Positions 25,901 through 37,194 of a stretch of 64,000 nucleotides of DNA are shown in pieces. The notes beneath the pieces were generated by a model, which was not told the DNA's origin, did not search any database, and saw nothing but the letters and a program-made list of their open reading frames with translations. The stretch lies in contig MU054001.1 in NCBI GenBank assembly GCA_013239625.1, positions 2,610,151-2,674,150 on the forward strand, given 5' to 3'. The position numbers were made by a program, and so were the translations under genes. The stretch's first letter is position 1. Every line of letters begins with the position of its first letter. This stretch comes from Lama guanicoe. Lineage: Eukaryota.

Positions 25901-27245
25901 TTAATGTGATGGTGGGGTCAAAGACCAGCTGAGGGTTTCTGTAGCACATAATACTGGGTCATAAAAATCTGTACTTTTGTGTTATGTCTGACTGTTATAT
26001 ACTCACCAGGGATGACCATTAACACATGATCATATGTTAAAAGCATTTCAAAAGTCTGCTGTAGAACTGAATACTCATTGATTAATTGAGACATAATTTG
26101 AAAGAATGGAATCACTCACAGCATTCACAGCCTTACTGTATTTCATTACTCCAGGATGGCTGTGAGGATCAAAATAGGATAACGAAAATAAAATTGTTCT
26201 GTCAAATGGATGTGGTTTACAAATACAAGAGAGTATAAAGAACAAAACAAAAGATGCAATAAAACTTTCGTGACGACAGAATAAATTCAAGCATGTGAAA
26301 GCAGGGGAAGAGAGTGGCATCTGAAAAAGACCTCCAAATTTCAACAAGTAATATACAATTTTTGTATTGGGTAGACCAGGGAGGCATCCTGGTAGTATTC
26401 CAGTTCTACTTTCAGCATCAAGGGATGGCTATTGTGGATGAATATAACATGCCCACGGTGGTGATGACCCTAAGACACATGTCTTAACTTTCTACTTACA
26501 AATCTATTACAGACCCACTCTTCATGAATCTTAGGCCTTTCTTGAACCTGTGAAATGGTTCAAGAAAATCACAGATTAAAAAAATCAGGACAGCTACTAG
26601 GCAGAAGCAGAACCCTGAGTCAGAGTAGATTAGAAACCCAGCAGTGGATGTATCTTTCCTTGGTACTTAATCCAGCAAGGGGAGATGGTTTACAGTTACT
26701 GTGCTTGCTGGTTATTTTCACTCCCTCATCAGAAATTTGGCTCCTTAAATGGCAAACCTCTTCCTATAATTAGTAAACCCATACAAACATCTAATTGGGT
26801 CTTGTTGCAACCGATAAAGATTACCCCTCTTTTCTCTGCAGAAAAGGAACAAAAATGAAACTAGTGGGCAGGAGAATAATTTCCTCCTCTAAGCACATTT
26901 TCCAGAAGTTCCACCTTTTCAACAATTTCTATTGTAAACGAAGACGATGACATCATGCCTGTTGAGACAAGGATAAAAAAAGATACTAGAAGGAGCATTG
27001 CAAAGGCAAAACAGTGAGAAGACAGTGTAACATCCTTTAACATACGTACTCTCTCATCATCCAACACAGCAAACCCCCAGCCTCTTCCCAAGCACCCCTG
27101 GCTAAGGTACCCTAATCTTAGAATCTGGCCCTGAGTGGGGAATATTGGTTTGGTCAGCCTGGATGAGGGTTTTTGTGAGTTGGGTGATTTTTTTCCCCTT
27201 TCAGCAAGCAAGTTTACCAAAAAATGGCTGGCAGATGCTCCAGGA

Positions 27246-27430
27246 CAGTGGTTCTCAAACATGGCTGCCAACAGAACCACTTGGGGAAGCTTCTGAAAAA
27301 TACCCATACCTAGCTTCACCTCCCATCTCATCAGCTGAAACAGAATCTCTGGAGACAGAGTTTAGGCACTGGGATGTTTAAAATGCTCCTCAGGTAACTT
27401 ACTACATGCAGTCTGTGTGAGAACCACAGC
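27246..27430. mobile_element. MER5A/B hAT-Charlie MITE
   Basis: TIRs cagtggttctcaaa ... tgagaaccacag, internal cagaatctctgg and ctcctcaggtaa. Confidence 0.85.
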
Positions 27431-27699
27431 CTTCGAGATGTAGGCCAGTTTCTGCAGCCATTGCAGGGCCTTTCAGAGGTGTCCCTGTCAGCTCAGTGGT
27501 CAGCAACCCTCTTCAGACAGGTTAGTAGACCAGGAAATAGACACCTGAGGAGAGATCACCTTCCCTCGCGCTCTCCCCCTACCTGCCATCTCCTTCCTCC
27601 TCTGCCTCCTCCTTCTTTCCCCACTGTTGTGCACATCTGCCGTTTTTGCTGTAGAGCGGTAGCACCCACTTGAACTACTTCTAAAAGTAGTATTTCAAT

Positions 27700-28450
27700 T
27701 CCGCAAAACTCCCCAGCGCCGGGTTCTCAGCTGGGCGGGTCAGGTGGTTCTGACTCCACCCACAGCTCCGAAGCTACCCCGTGACCCCAAGCTGACCAAT
27801 CAGAATCCGGACTCTCCTCGCCCCAGAGTGGTTGGGTCAGGGGTGGGCACGTGACCGGATCCCGGCCAATGAGGAGCGAGTTCTCAGCGCGGAGATAGGC
27901 GCCTTCATTTTCACCCTGTCAGTGGTCCTGTCAAGGTGGGTGCCGCCGGCAGGAAACTGGAAAGAGAGAACAAAACCCGGGGACGTGGGTGCCGGGACTG
28001 GGCCATGTTCAAAGTTGGATCCACCCTTGTACTTCCCAGCTGTGGCAGCCCTCCGCTTCCTTTCTCTCTGAGATAAATTGCCTTGGCCTTTCTGTCACCT
28101 TGCCGCTCAGCAGCCTGACTGGCTTGCCCGCTCTTTCCCCACGGGAAGTGACCCCTAAGTCCCCTGGCTGGCTGAAGGGAGAAGAGGCCCGGAGACCTCC
28201 TCCGTCAGCGGGCCCCGTATGGTGCAGCCGGCCCGCGCGCTCCGTGAGAACGGAAGATGGCCCTGGCTGTGGGCTGTGAGCTGACACGGCCACGCGCATG
28301 GAGAGCGGAGCGCCAGCTGGATCTCAGACCCGGTCCTCCGCTGGCGGCTCCTGTGAGGGGACAGCGTGGACAGTGGCCTCAGGGGCAGCCCAGGCGTGGC
28401 GCCCTTGGCTTTGGGCAGAAGCTTCTCCCTGCGAAAGCTGCTGGAAGGAT
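27700..28450 (+). promoter_or_regulatory. Small CpG-island promoter
   Basis: The only strongly GC/CpG-rich tract. GC box 27733-39; NF-Y ctgaccaatcaga (CCAAT 27796-800) and cggccaatgag (27866-70); CACCC/KLF 27840-47; E-box cacgtg 27848-53; Inr-like tcatttt 27905-11; ETS/YY1 cggaagatggc 28251-61. Strand inferred from the Inr and donors. Confidence 0.8.
27905..27935 (+). other. Candidate short non-coding first exon
   Basis: Inr-like site followed by donor tcaag|gtgggt (gt at 27936); no transcript evidence. Confidence 0.35.
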
Positions 28451-28634
28451 CTTAAGTCCCTTGACAGTTAGTTTCCGCATAAAGTGAGAACCAGTTCAGG
28501 CTCACACCCCTCTCTCATGGTGCAGTGTCACCAGGGGTGACCTGCAGAGGAGTATTTCGTTACCGAGTCCTCCATTTGATGCTCAGTTTTAAATAGAAGC
28601 ACATACTGTAAGCCTTTGGCAGCTATCAGGAACT

Positions 28635-28910
28635 TTCTAGCTAATATTTATTGAGGACTTATTATGTATCAGACATCATAGATCTGAAACATATTATAGA
28701 TATATATCTCAGACTATACATATGTGGAATATTTGCTTTATTATAACAGTCATAGGTTATTTCTGTTTTTTTGTATACCTCATATATAAGGAAACCACCA
28801 CACAGAGGATTTAAGTAATTTGCTCACAGTCATACAGCCACAAAGTTACAGACCTGAAATTCCAAACCCCAGAACTTGAATTCCAGAGCCTCGGTTCTGA
28901 AGCAGAATGC
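28635..28910 (-). mobile_element. MIR
   Basis: tagctaatatttattgaggacttattatgtatcagac...taagtaatttgctcacagtcatacagc. Confidence 0.7.
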
Positions 28911-30904
28911 TTTATCCCAGCTTTAACAAGGACACTTGCTCTATCCAGGAAAAAAAAGAAAGAGGCATTTGTGGCAGAAACAAAGAAAAGGTTGCAGGAT
29001 CCAGGGTAGGTGCCTTTGGTAAGCTAGTCATTTTTCCCAGTGTGTATGTATGCACCCTCCTTCCTGTCCTGAGTGCACTGTTTGCTCTGCTGGAAGTGGA
29101 CATGGTTATATAAATGCATATTGATTCGGAGGGGCTGCTCCAGGGCTGAGCTGCAGAGTAACTGGAGAATCAAACTGCCATGACCACGTTCCAGGTCCAG
29201 AAACAGAACCTGATCAGAGAGACCATAAAGGGAACTTTGTTGACAGAAGGAAATGTTTAGCAACATTTTCCCTTTTCAGTTTAGTATGCAAGAAGCATTT
29301 GATTCCCAGGACATATTTATTTCTAAGCAGAGCTCTGAAATGCAACCTAATTAGCAGCATTGCCTTGAAAATGGAGCTTTTCTCTCCCAGGGAATGGGAG
29401 GCCTTTAGAGAGCACTTCTTGCCAGTTGTCCCCACTTGCTGTACACTGATTTCAGTTTGTTCAACTTAGCCCTCTTTGCCCCAAATAGCCCACTAGAACA
29501 AAGAGAATATAATCTTAACTTCTTGCCACACCTTGCATTTTACTCCTTTTTTTTCCCTTTCTTGGTAAGGTTGAAAAACACGTTTCAGAGTGGCTATTCT
29601 TTCCTGTGGTTGGAGGCCAGCCCTGAGATTTCAAAGAAAACTCCTTTGTTCAAGATTTAAGAAAATAATCACTGCACAGCAAACATTGATATGACTTTTA
29701 ATGGCCATTTACCTGATTAATATCCTTTCATGCTGCAAGGCAGCATGAGACACAGTGCTTTAATGAAAGCCAACAACAAAGCGTGGACCAGGTGTGTTAC
29801 TAAGAAACAATCTCTTGTGTGATTTAATTAGTCAAAGCATTGCATGGAGCAATTATAAGCAACCTTGCAGAAGTGGCAGCGGTATGGAGCCCTCTGCTAT
29901 AAATTGGTTTTTTAAAGAAAGACATCATGATTTAATAACTGTGCATCTCTAGTGAAAGAAGCAGCCCCTCTTTAATTGGGAGCAAGAGGGAAAAATAATA
30001 TGCTAATCACAATTTTTAGATCTTTCCCCACTTCCACTCACCTCTAATTGGGTACAAAAAAAAAAACTTTCAAGAATTTCGAAGAAGGCTTGGAAATGAA
30101 TGTTACATTTTCTTACTTTGTTTTCTCTGTTCCTTGAGCTACTCAGTACAATTTTTGAGACCGGCATTCCAATTGGTGTGGCATCTTTGGAGAAAACCTG
30201 GAATAACCCTATCTGGTCAGGCTAAATGTGGGACATCCTGTAATTTTGAGAGTTGCCTTTATTGTATTATTGCATATAAAAGAATTCGGAGCTGTGATAG
30301 TTTGATGGGACCTTTTTTTTTTTTTAATCCTCATGCTTGGCTTAATGATGTGTCAACCTGCCTCAGGAAGACTGACTGGCATAATGCTTATTACTTAAGA
30401 TAAAGATAGATTTCTTGTGTGACGTGGGAGTGTTACAATAGATAGGGTCTTATCAGGGAAAGTCTGCCTAACCCAGGTAGGCTTTGTGATTGACTCCTAC
30501 ATTTCACTTCTCTATACGTTTACTTTAATTAAGGAGACAAGTGTTCAATGCGGAGAGAGGGAAATACAGATTGGAGAACAAAAATTGAACTCTATCCAGT
30601 TCCTGTGAAGTTCCTCAGTCGGGGGTCTGGAGTTACCTTATGCCCAATGAGAACTAGGATTTTATTAAGTCTGGGAAGTTGAACATCACACACCATAAGA
30701 GAGTCCTTTATCTTTGGGGTCATTGGGCAAAGCTGGGTGACATTGCTTTGGGACCTTTTACTCTGTGCAGACCTCCTAATCTATAAGGTCTCATCTAGGA
30801 ATCAGAGTCCATAGCTCGGTTTTTGGTATCTCTGGCCAGTTATGAGTTAGAGAGAGACAAGGTGTTGGCGATACTAGTTGTCAGCCTCAGTGGTTTAGAA
30901 ACCA

Positions 30905-31075
30905 TAGCCTGCCACAGTCCTGTTTTTCTAAAGAATGTTCTATTGGAACACAGCCACACCCATTCTTTTCCATATTGCACTTCAATGACAGAGCTGAGTG
31001 ATTTCCATAGGGACCATCTGGCCTACAAAGCCAAAAATACTTATTTGACCTTTTATGGAAAAGTTTGCTGACCCT
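30905..31075. mobile_element. MER58A hAT-Charlie MITE
   Basis: ttctattggaacacagccacacccattc...ggcctacaaagccaaaaatact...gaaaagtttgctgaccc. Confidence 0.85.
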
Positions 31076-32934
31076 TAAAAGTTGTCAGAGATGATTTCTG
31101 ATGAGCAGTCTGTGCCTTTGTAGCCTGTTAGGTGGGAAAGACCCTAGAGGGACCCTCCTCCCCTATTTCTCAGTGTCCAAGTGGCCCAGGCTGAGATGGA
31201 AGATTGCATTTGGGATTTGAACAATAGTTAATCCACCTCCCTGCACTGAGAGGCCATTCCCAGGCTGGAGGTGGAGTTTCTGGTACATTTTGAGTCCAGC
31301 TGGAAGTGTTGAGGAAGCATCCTTTAGCTTTTGGAAAACTTGTGGAGTATAAATCAGTGGCTCATAGGCTGTGGGCTACACAGCCATACCCACTAAGCTC
31401 TTTCTGTGGATAAAGTATGTAAGCCTTGCACATAGAGTCTTTTCTTATATATAAATTTTTAATTTCAAAAGAAAAATTCATTTGCTAAAAATATTTGAAC
31501 AGTAAAGATAAGGCTGATGACCAGGTGAGATTCAAAATACCAGGCAGCAGTTCGGTTCGGGCACTGACCAGTCAGGTTGATGCCAGCCATGAAGCAAGAA
31601 GTGCCACCTAATGGTCTATCCTAGCGTAGTGTGTACTCTGCTAATGAGCCCTTTAACCACCCACCCCTGACTCTCATCCATTTTGTTCCCTTCCCTATTG
31701 TTCTTGGTTTGGCATGTAACTCCCTGGAGAATGCTGTGTGCTTTTATGTGAGCACTCAGTGAATTTGGAGTATTTGGGGGATAGTTTTTATATAAATGTT
31801 ATCAAAGGATAAATATAGTTATTCTAAAACATTTTTAAATAGATCTTTTAGTACTAATACAGATAGTTTTGCTTCATTCCTTTTAGCTGCTGTGCGATAC
31901 AATGTAATATAGGTGTTCTTAAATATAAATACCTGTAAGAACTGTTTTCCAAGTGGAGGCAGATGTTATTAATAAAACACTAGTTCATTTAAAATGTCAC
32001 TGAACTCAGTGTTTTAGCATATGGAAACAAACATATAGCAGCTGTCATGGGGATCTGAGAAATATTTCCTGTTAAAAAGAAATACAGAAAACAAAACAAA
32101 AAACAAGTATGTGTATTCATGTATTTGCCTGCTTGGGCAAAAATAAATAAATAAATAAAAGTCTTTGGAAGGATCCAAAAAGCAAATCTGAAAAGCTGGT
32201 AAAGTCATTACCTTTAAGGAATGAACTAGAGGATGGAGATGAGTAGGAGACAATTCTTTGGCAGTTTAGGATTTCAAATCACATCTAACTATGTCATTTG
32301 TTTCGAAGAATGAAATAAAATGATAACCAAGCAGAGCGAAGTGTCTTGGTGGTTGACATAGGGATCCCCTGGTCAAGCCTGTGACCCCTAACAATTGTTC
32401 TCATATCAGACCAAATAATTGAGTACTTAAATTACTATCAACAACCTCTAGGGAGATCTGAGACTCGATTGAAAATCTTTTTTTGCGAAACTAAACATAA
32501 AACATAGATCCACTAAATTAAAATCATTTCACTGAAACTTAAACAAATAATCCCCATGAGACCCAGCCCAGCAAACAGCAGCTGCTACTCCTTGGGGCCC
32601 TCCCCTTCCCAGTCTGTGTTTGACCTGTAGATCCCAGGGGTCATCTGCTCAAATCCACCTCCCCTAACCCTTGTGGCCTGTGACTGGCAAAGAATAGAGG
32701 AGCAGCTGTTTCTGAGAGGCAGTGGGCCCAGATGCCAAGGTTGGGACCTCAGGCCTCAGGCCCCCACCCTCTTCCCAGACAGCAGGGTTGAGAAAGAAGG
32801 AAACATTGTCTCTTCCTTCACCTCCAGAGCCTATACAGACCCCCAGAAAACCTTTCGGCCAGGATGAGAGAAGGTGTTTAAATGTACATCATGGGGAATA
32901 TGTCCATACCAACAGCTAGATTCCTCTTTCTATT

Positions 32935-33145
32935 ATTTTGTATAATTATAACAACATATTTATTATTTGTTATGTGCCAGATAGTTTGCAGGAGGTTAAT
33001 TATTGAATTATCACTGAGATATATGTATTTTGGCATCATATCCATTTCATAGATGAGGAAGCTTAAAGTGATAAAACATGTTGACCACTCAGCTACTAGA
33101 GGTTGAGTTGGGATCTGAACACCAGAGCTAGTGCTTCTAACCACC
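32935..33145 (-). mobile_element. MIR
   Basis: tccatttcatagatgaggaagct...gagttgggatctgaacaccagagc. Confidence 0.7.
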
Positions 33146-33484
33146 CTACAGTCATGATTTTCCTGTGTTCTAAAGGCTGATCCTCACATTTAGATGCCAG
33201 AATAAATACTCCTGTTCTCAATAAGGGATGAGATGACCCAGAAATCCTGCATTGGGAGCTTAACCTCTGAAATGATTGTCTTAAGAGGCAGTAATAATCA
33301 TGCCATCAGGACCAAGAAATGTGTTCAGAATCTTCTCTGTGCAAGAAACTGGAAAGGATAAACAAATTTAATAATATCCATTATGTACTGAACACTCTGC
33401 ACCAGGCCCTATTCTAAGATCTCGACTTAACCACATTTACTCACAGTAATCCTATGGGAAGAGATGGGAACCCTGATTCCTTCT

Positions 33485-33980
33485 AATGAAGAATGGTATT
33501 TTGAAATCAAGATCTGGTCAGTGGGTATGCTCATTGTCCAGGGATGTGTCACTGCTTCTGGGCCCTCTCAGTGGACAGAGCTGGGAAATATATGTATGTT
33601 TACTAACCAATGTGTACACATATATCTATATTTCTGTATCTATCTTCCTGTATATAAATTTACATGCATTTATAACTTTGTTTCCAATTCAGCATCCACC
33701 ACAGATTTAATTCTGGCTTTCTTCCCTTATTTGCAAATTTCTTTCTCTGACAGTAGGGAACCTGGCTCCCATTACCTTCCATTTATTTACATTTTGCTCA
33801 ATTCTAGTATACATATAGCTTCAGAATTACTAGCCTGTATCCCTGAGGAAGAGAAACTACTAATTAGAGTGCAATGATTAGATACAGTTCTTTTCTTTAG
33901 CCTTACAGTTTCCAGCCAACTGTAAGCTAGACTGTAAGAAACAGCAAAATACCATTTTCCACAGTTACTTAGGTCAACAC
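33485..33980 (-). mobile_element. L1MC-type 3' region
   Basis: gaatggtattttgaaatcaagatctgg...gggccctctcagtggacagagctgggaaatat...gaacctggctcccatta. Confidence 0.7.
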
Positions 33981-34034
33981 ATTACTCTTTCAGACAATGC
34001 TGGGAAGCAGGTGCATTCATGCTGTCTTTTGGGC

Positions 34035-34375
34035 ATATGGTGGTTAGGACTTTCTTGCCCTCACCAGGTTAAGTTAGAACATGTTACTTGTTTTGCCCAG
34101 TGAAATGTAAGAGAAGGTGACATGTCTTGCTTTCAGGAAGAAGGATTTGATTGCTTGGTGTGAGATTCTCCATCTCTCTCTTCTCCTGTCTTGGTAATTG
34201 TGGAAGCATAGTTACTATAAAAGTATGAGCTGAGTCATTACATGGAAGGCAGCAGCTTGGGAGAATCATCTAGGAGCAGAGTGGATTTTGCATGAGAAGT
34301 AAACATTTATTATCTTAAGCCTGAGATTTTGGAGTTGTTTGTTACTGCAGCATGACTATGATCTTACCTGATACA
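34035..34375 (+). mobile_element. Old MLT1 LTR
   Basis: gttacttgttttgcccagtgaaatgtaagagaaggtgacatgtc...gagattttggagttgtttgttactgcagcat...tgataca. Confidence 0.7.
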
Positions 34376-35004
34376 TAAATAAACATAATAATTAAGAATG
34401 ATAAGATATTCAAAAGTAAACTTCACATCCTATGGGGAAAATTAGTAGTGTAGATAAATGCCATGAATAGTGGTTCTTAAAGCTATTTGTGTTCACAAAT
34501 CCATTTGGAGATCTGATGAAAGCTATCTGCTATCTTCTTCCCAAAATGCTTGAAGTCACATATACACAGTATTTTACATTCCATTTCAGCCAGGTGCATA
34601 GACACCCTGAAGCTTTCTAGATCACATGGCTCATCTCACATGGGCAGCTGCTAGTCATCCTCACTGACTGCTGACATGTGGGTTGTGGGCTCAGTCTTTA
34701 GGGTGCAAACTTAAAGGTTCAGATTGAGGCAGTCTGAGAGAGCCTCTTGGAGGAAGTGCCTTTCAGGCTGAACCTTAAAGGAAAGGCAGAAGAGATTGGG
34801 AATCAGATTTCAGGTGGAGGTCATAAAGGCAGAACGTGGCAGAGGAGGTCGTTAAACTCAGGGCCAGCTTACTCCAGACCCCTCCATTTTAACCTCTCTG
34901 TAAGAGCAGTGGTGACCCCCATGGAATCTGTTTTCACTGTTTCAGGGAGGTAAGAAGGAAACCTAACCCTGGCACTCTGTGTTCAACAAGGCTCTGAAGT
35001 CCTT

Positions 35005-35460
35005 GAGTGGTTGCAGACTCTAATGCCTTCAGTGCCTGACAGGTTAAATTAGGGAGTTAAGGGAGCCAAGTGAAGGACAAAAGGGAATGGAGTGAACTGG
35101 AGAGCCTGTGGCCCATCTCAAGTGGGCAGCTGCTGTTTATCTTCACAGACAGCTGCCACGTGCGTATGTGAATTCATGGTGCCACAATTCCAATTTTTCA
35201 AGAGAAAATGTAAATTTGTGGGTTTTTTTTTGTAAAATATTCTGACATTTTAAAAAGAGTTTTAAAGAGAGACAAAGCATGTGTGGCCACCAGGGCCACC
35301 ATGTACAATTGGGTAGGTTCTGTTTTAGCTGAGGGTCCTTGAGTAGGTCTACACAGATGAAGGGATGCCTTTTTCTAATGCATACACAGGTGCATGTAGG
35401 GCTGCAGAAGCCCTGATGGGGTTATATCCAGCTTGCACACCTTCAATTTGAAGCCCCTGG
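35005..35460 (+). mobile_element. MER102-like hAT element with a nested MER91-like MITE (about 35290-35415)
   Basis: aactggagagcctgtggcccatct..gggcagctgct..atttttcaagagaa (MER102); cagggccacc...ggatgcctttttctaatgcatacacaggtgc..gccctg (MER91, CAGGGC/GCCCTG TIRs). Confidence 0.65.
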
Positions 35461-36786
35461 TTTGGGAGAAGCTTGCTTTCTCCATTCCCAACAGACATTT
35501 CTGTAAGCTAGTGTGAACAGCTTACAGAACGAGGCACCGCCAGTTCAATGCACAGGTCTCTGACCTGTGCCTGAAGCCCCCACTTCCTTCTGGGTGGCAT
35601 TCAGGCCCCCAGGGTGAGGGAGGTGTTAGTGGACATTTCGAATTCTGGCAGCTGGGCTCTTCTACCTGGTGCCTGTTTTCGTGAATGATAGCATTACCTG
35701 ATTTTCTAGGCAGGCATGAGAAATACAGTTGCATAATTCTTGTGTACCCAAAGATGGAGTAAAAACAAAAGCAAGATAAAATTGCACACCATGAATACTT
35801 GCTGTACAGCACACATAACCCTAGTAATTTGGAAAAGAGCAGGTGTCTCAGCTATCATTAAAGGCACTAATATATTTCTCTAGTATTATACTAGTTATTC
35901 CATGAGACACTCCTTGCTGTAGGTTTGTTTTTCTTTCTTTTTCTTGGACTGAACAACTTCCAGGGAAGTAAGAACGTGTGGAAACGTATTTCGGGTTTTC
36001 CCACCAGAACAACAGGCTTCCATTCTCCTTGCTGGACCTTTGAAAGGTACCATCAAACCAAGCTTTCGGGGTGAACTGTAAACCCCAAGTCGTGCTCTGC
36101 CCCATAGAAAAGATGAAGGAATTCACTGAACTGAAAGGTATGATTATGGTCGCAAATTTGCTTCCTGGTTTTGTAGGGCACCAAGACTACTTGAGGCAGC
36201 GAGTATCCACTAGCTTCTGCTAGCTGGTCATGATAGACCAAACAGAGCACACACTGAGTAGAGATGGGGGCCACTGGCTTAGAAATCATTGGCATTCCAA
36301 GAATGCACAGGCCATTCAAAATCTGCTGTGTCCATAGAGTACACAGAGAACAAAATGTGAAGAGGTAATGGTATTTTAAAGAAATCTTTTTTAGTACATT
36401 ATTGATAAAGCTATTTTCTTTCTTTTTTCTTTTCTTTTGTTTTTGTTTTGCAAATTTTTCTTCTGCTGCCATTAGATTCTACCATTGCAGTTCCAACACA
36501 TCTCCCTTCTCCTATGGGATTATTTTGAGTTACAGTGTGCCTCAAGGGGGCCCATATCCAAAAAAGAAAAAAGAGAAGGAAAACAATATCTGTTAGAAAC
36601 CTAAAGAGCCTCTTTAGTTTCTGTTTGTTTTTTTCCTCCCCTCTGGCCTTGTACATAATCAGGAGAAGAGAGAAGTAACTTGTATACATTGCTGTTAGGA
36701 ACCTGCTCTGTGGCAGGTAGGTGGGAGGCATTAAAGCCTTAGTGCTTGTAACCAGTGTCCAGAATTTAATGGACATTCAGAAATGT

Positions 36787-36915
36787 AGTGGTTCTCAACT
36801 TTATCTGTGTATTGAAAACTTTCTGAAGATCTTGATTTAGTGGGTCTTGGATAGGATCTAGGCATCCGTAGTTTTTAAAAATCTTCAAAGGTAATTCTGA
36901 CAGATAGCCAGAGGA
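36787..36915. mobile_element. MER5-type MITE
   Basis: agtggttctcaactt...gatttagtgggtcttgg..aggcatccgtagtttttaaaaatcttcaaaggtaattctga. Confidence 0.7.
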
Positions 36916-37194
36916 GGAAATGTGTATTTAATAGATGGAAAGGTAATTGAATTAAGGAATGGGTAAAATTCCAACTAGACCAATAAGCAATTGTGTTAGA
37001 GTTGAGACCAGAGTTCTTTAATATCACAATGTGAACCTGAAATTAAGAAAAAAATTTGCCTCTATTGGCATGTTATCAGTTTTGGCTGTGTTAGGGCCCA
37101 TGATGTTCTCCACTGGGGCTTGATGAAGGATTAGTAGGGTGAATTGCGGGTGGATACATGTTGCACCAGTCACTTACTCATTTAATAAATATGT

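Noticed and set aside
26842..27331. Apparent plus-strand last exon (..STFSRSSTFSTISIVNEDDD..) and the overlapping 156-aa minus ORF
   Set aside because: That frame has stops between the acceptor and the peptide; the minus ORF starts inside a MER5
27832..28487. Several ORFs over the CpG island
   Set aside because: Expected from stop-codon scarcity in GC-rich DNA; no recognisable protein
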